A stretch of 64,000 nucleotides of DNA from Mustelus asterias. Lineage: Eukaryota. A program made the translations under genes and the position numbers. The notes under the pieces are model-generated. The model saw nothing but the letters and a program-made list of their open reading frames with translations, was not told the DNA's origin and did no database searches. Below, piece after piece: positions 63,799-64,000 of the stretch. Numbering within the stretch: position 1 is the stretch's first letter; every line of letters starts with the position of its first letter. The stretch is taken from positions 57,226,001 to 57,290,000 of the forward strand of contig NC_135808.1 in assembly GCF_964213995.1 (NCBI RefSeq), read 5' to 3'.

Positions 63799-64000
63799 AA
63801 GGCCCTTGCACCAGGCCCTGCACAATCCAGGTTGCTGTTGCCTCACTTCCTCATTCCAGCATCCTGGAAGAATAGTATTAGTATCCTAAACTACCAAGTG
63901 ACTTAAATCAAACATGAAATGAAAGCTACGGGATACAATCTATACCAACTTGTAGCATTGAACATTTAACTATTTGTGAGCTCTAAGGTCAGCCTGTCTA

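Overview
Vertebrate genomic DNA, almost certainly a shark, judged from HE1/V-SINEs, SacSINE/Deu-SINE-like repeats and abundant CR1 LINEs. The window lies inside one + strand gene of the ADAMTS-like protein 2 subfamily. Eleven internal exons (4795-55939) with canonical AG/GT sites splice in phase into about 653 codons: Cys-rich module, spacer, N-glycan-rich linker and five TSR repeats. The gene's 5' and 3' ends lie outside the window. The protein looks too divergent for a true ADAMTSL2 orthologue and may be the paralogue called adamtsl7 in fish. The introns are filled with mobile DNA: CR1, Rex1 and other LINEs, SINEs, a decayed SCAN-gag Gypsy element, hAT and PIF/Harbinger-type MITEs, and three minisatellites. 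The most notable signal is two families of Penelope-derived, palindromic (fold-back) short retroelements. They have 12-14 bp target-site duplications and carry minimal, dimer-type hammerhead ribozyme motifs, with compensatory base changes between family 1 copies. Most listed ORFs are spurious or repeat-derived. Repeat boundaries are approximate unless a TSD is given.
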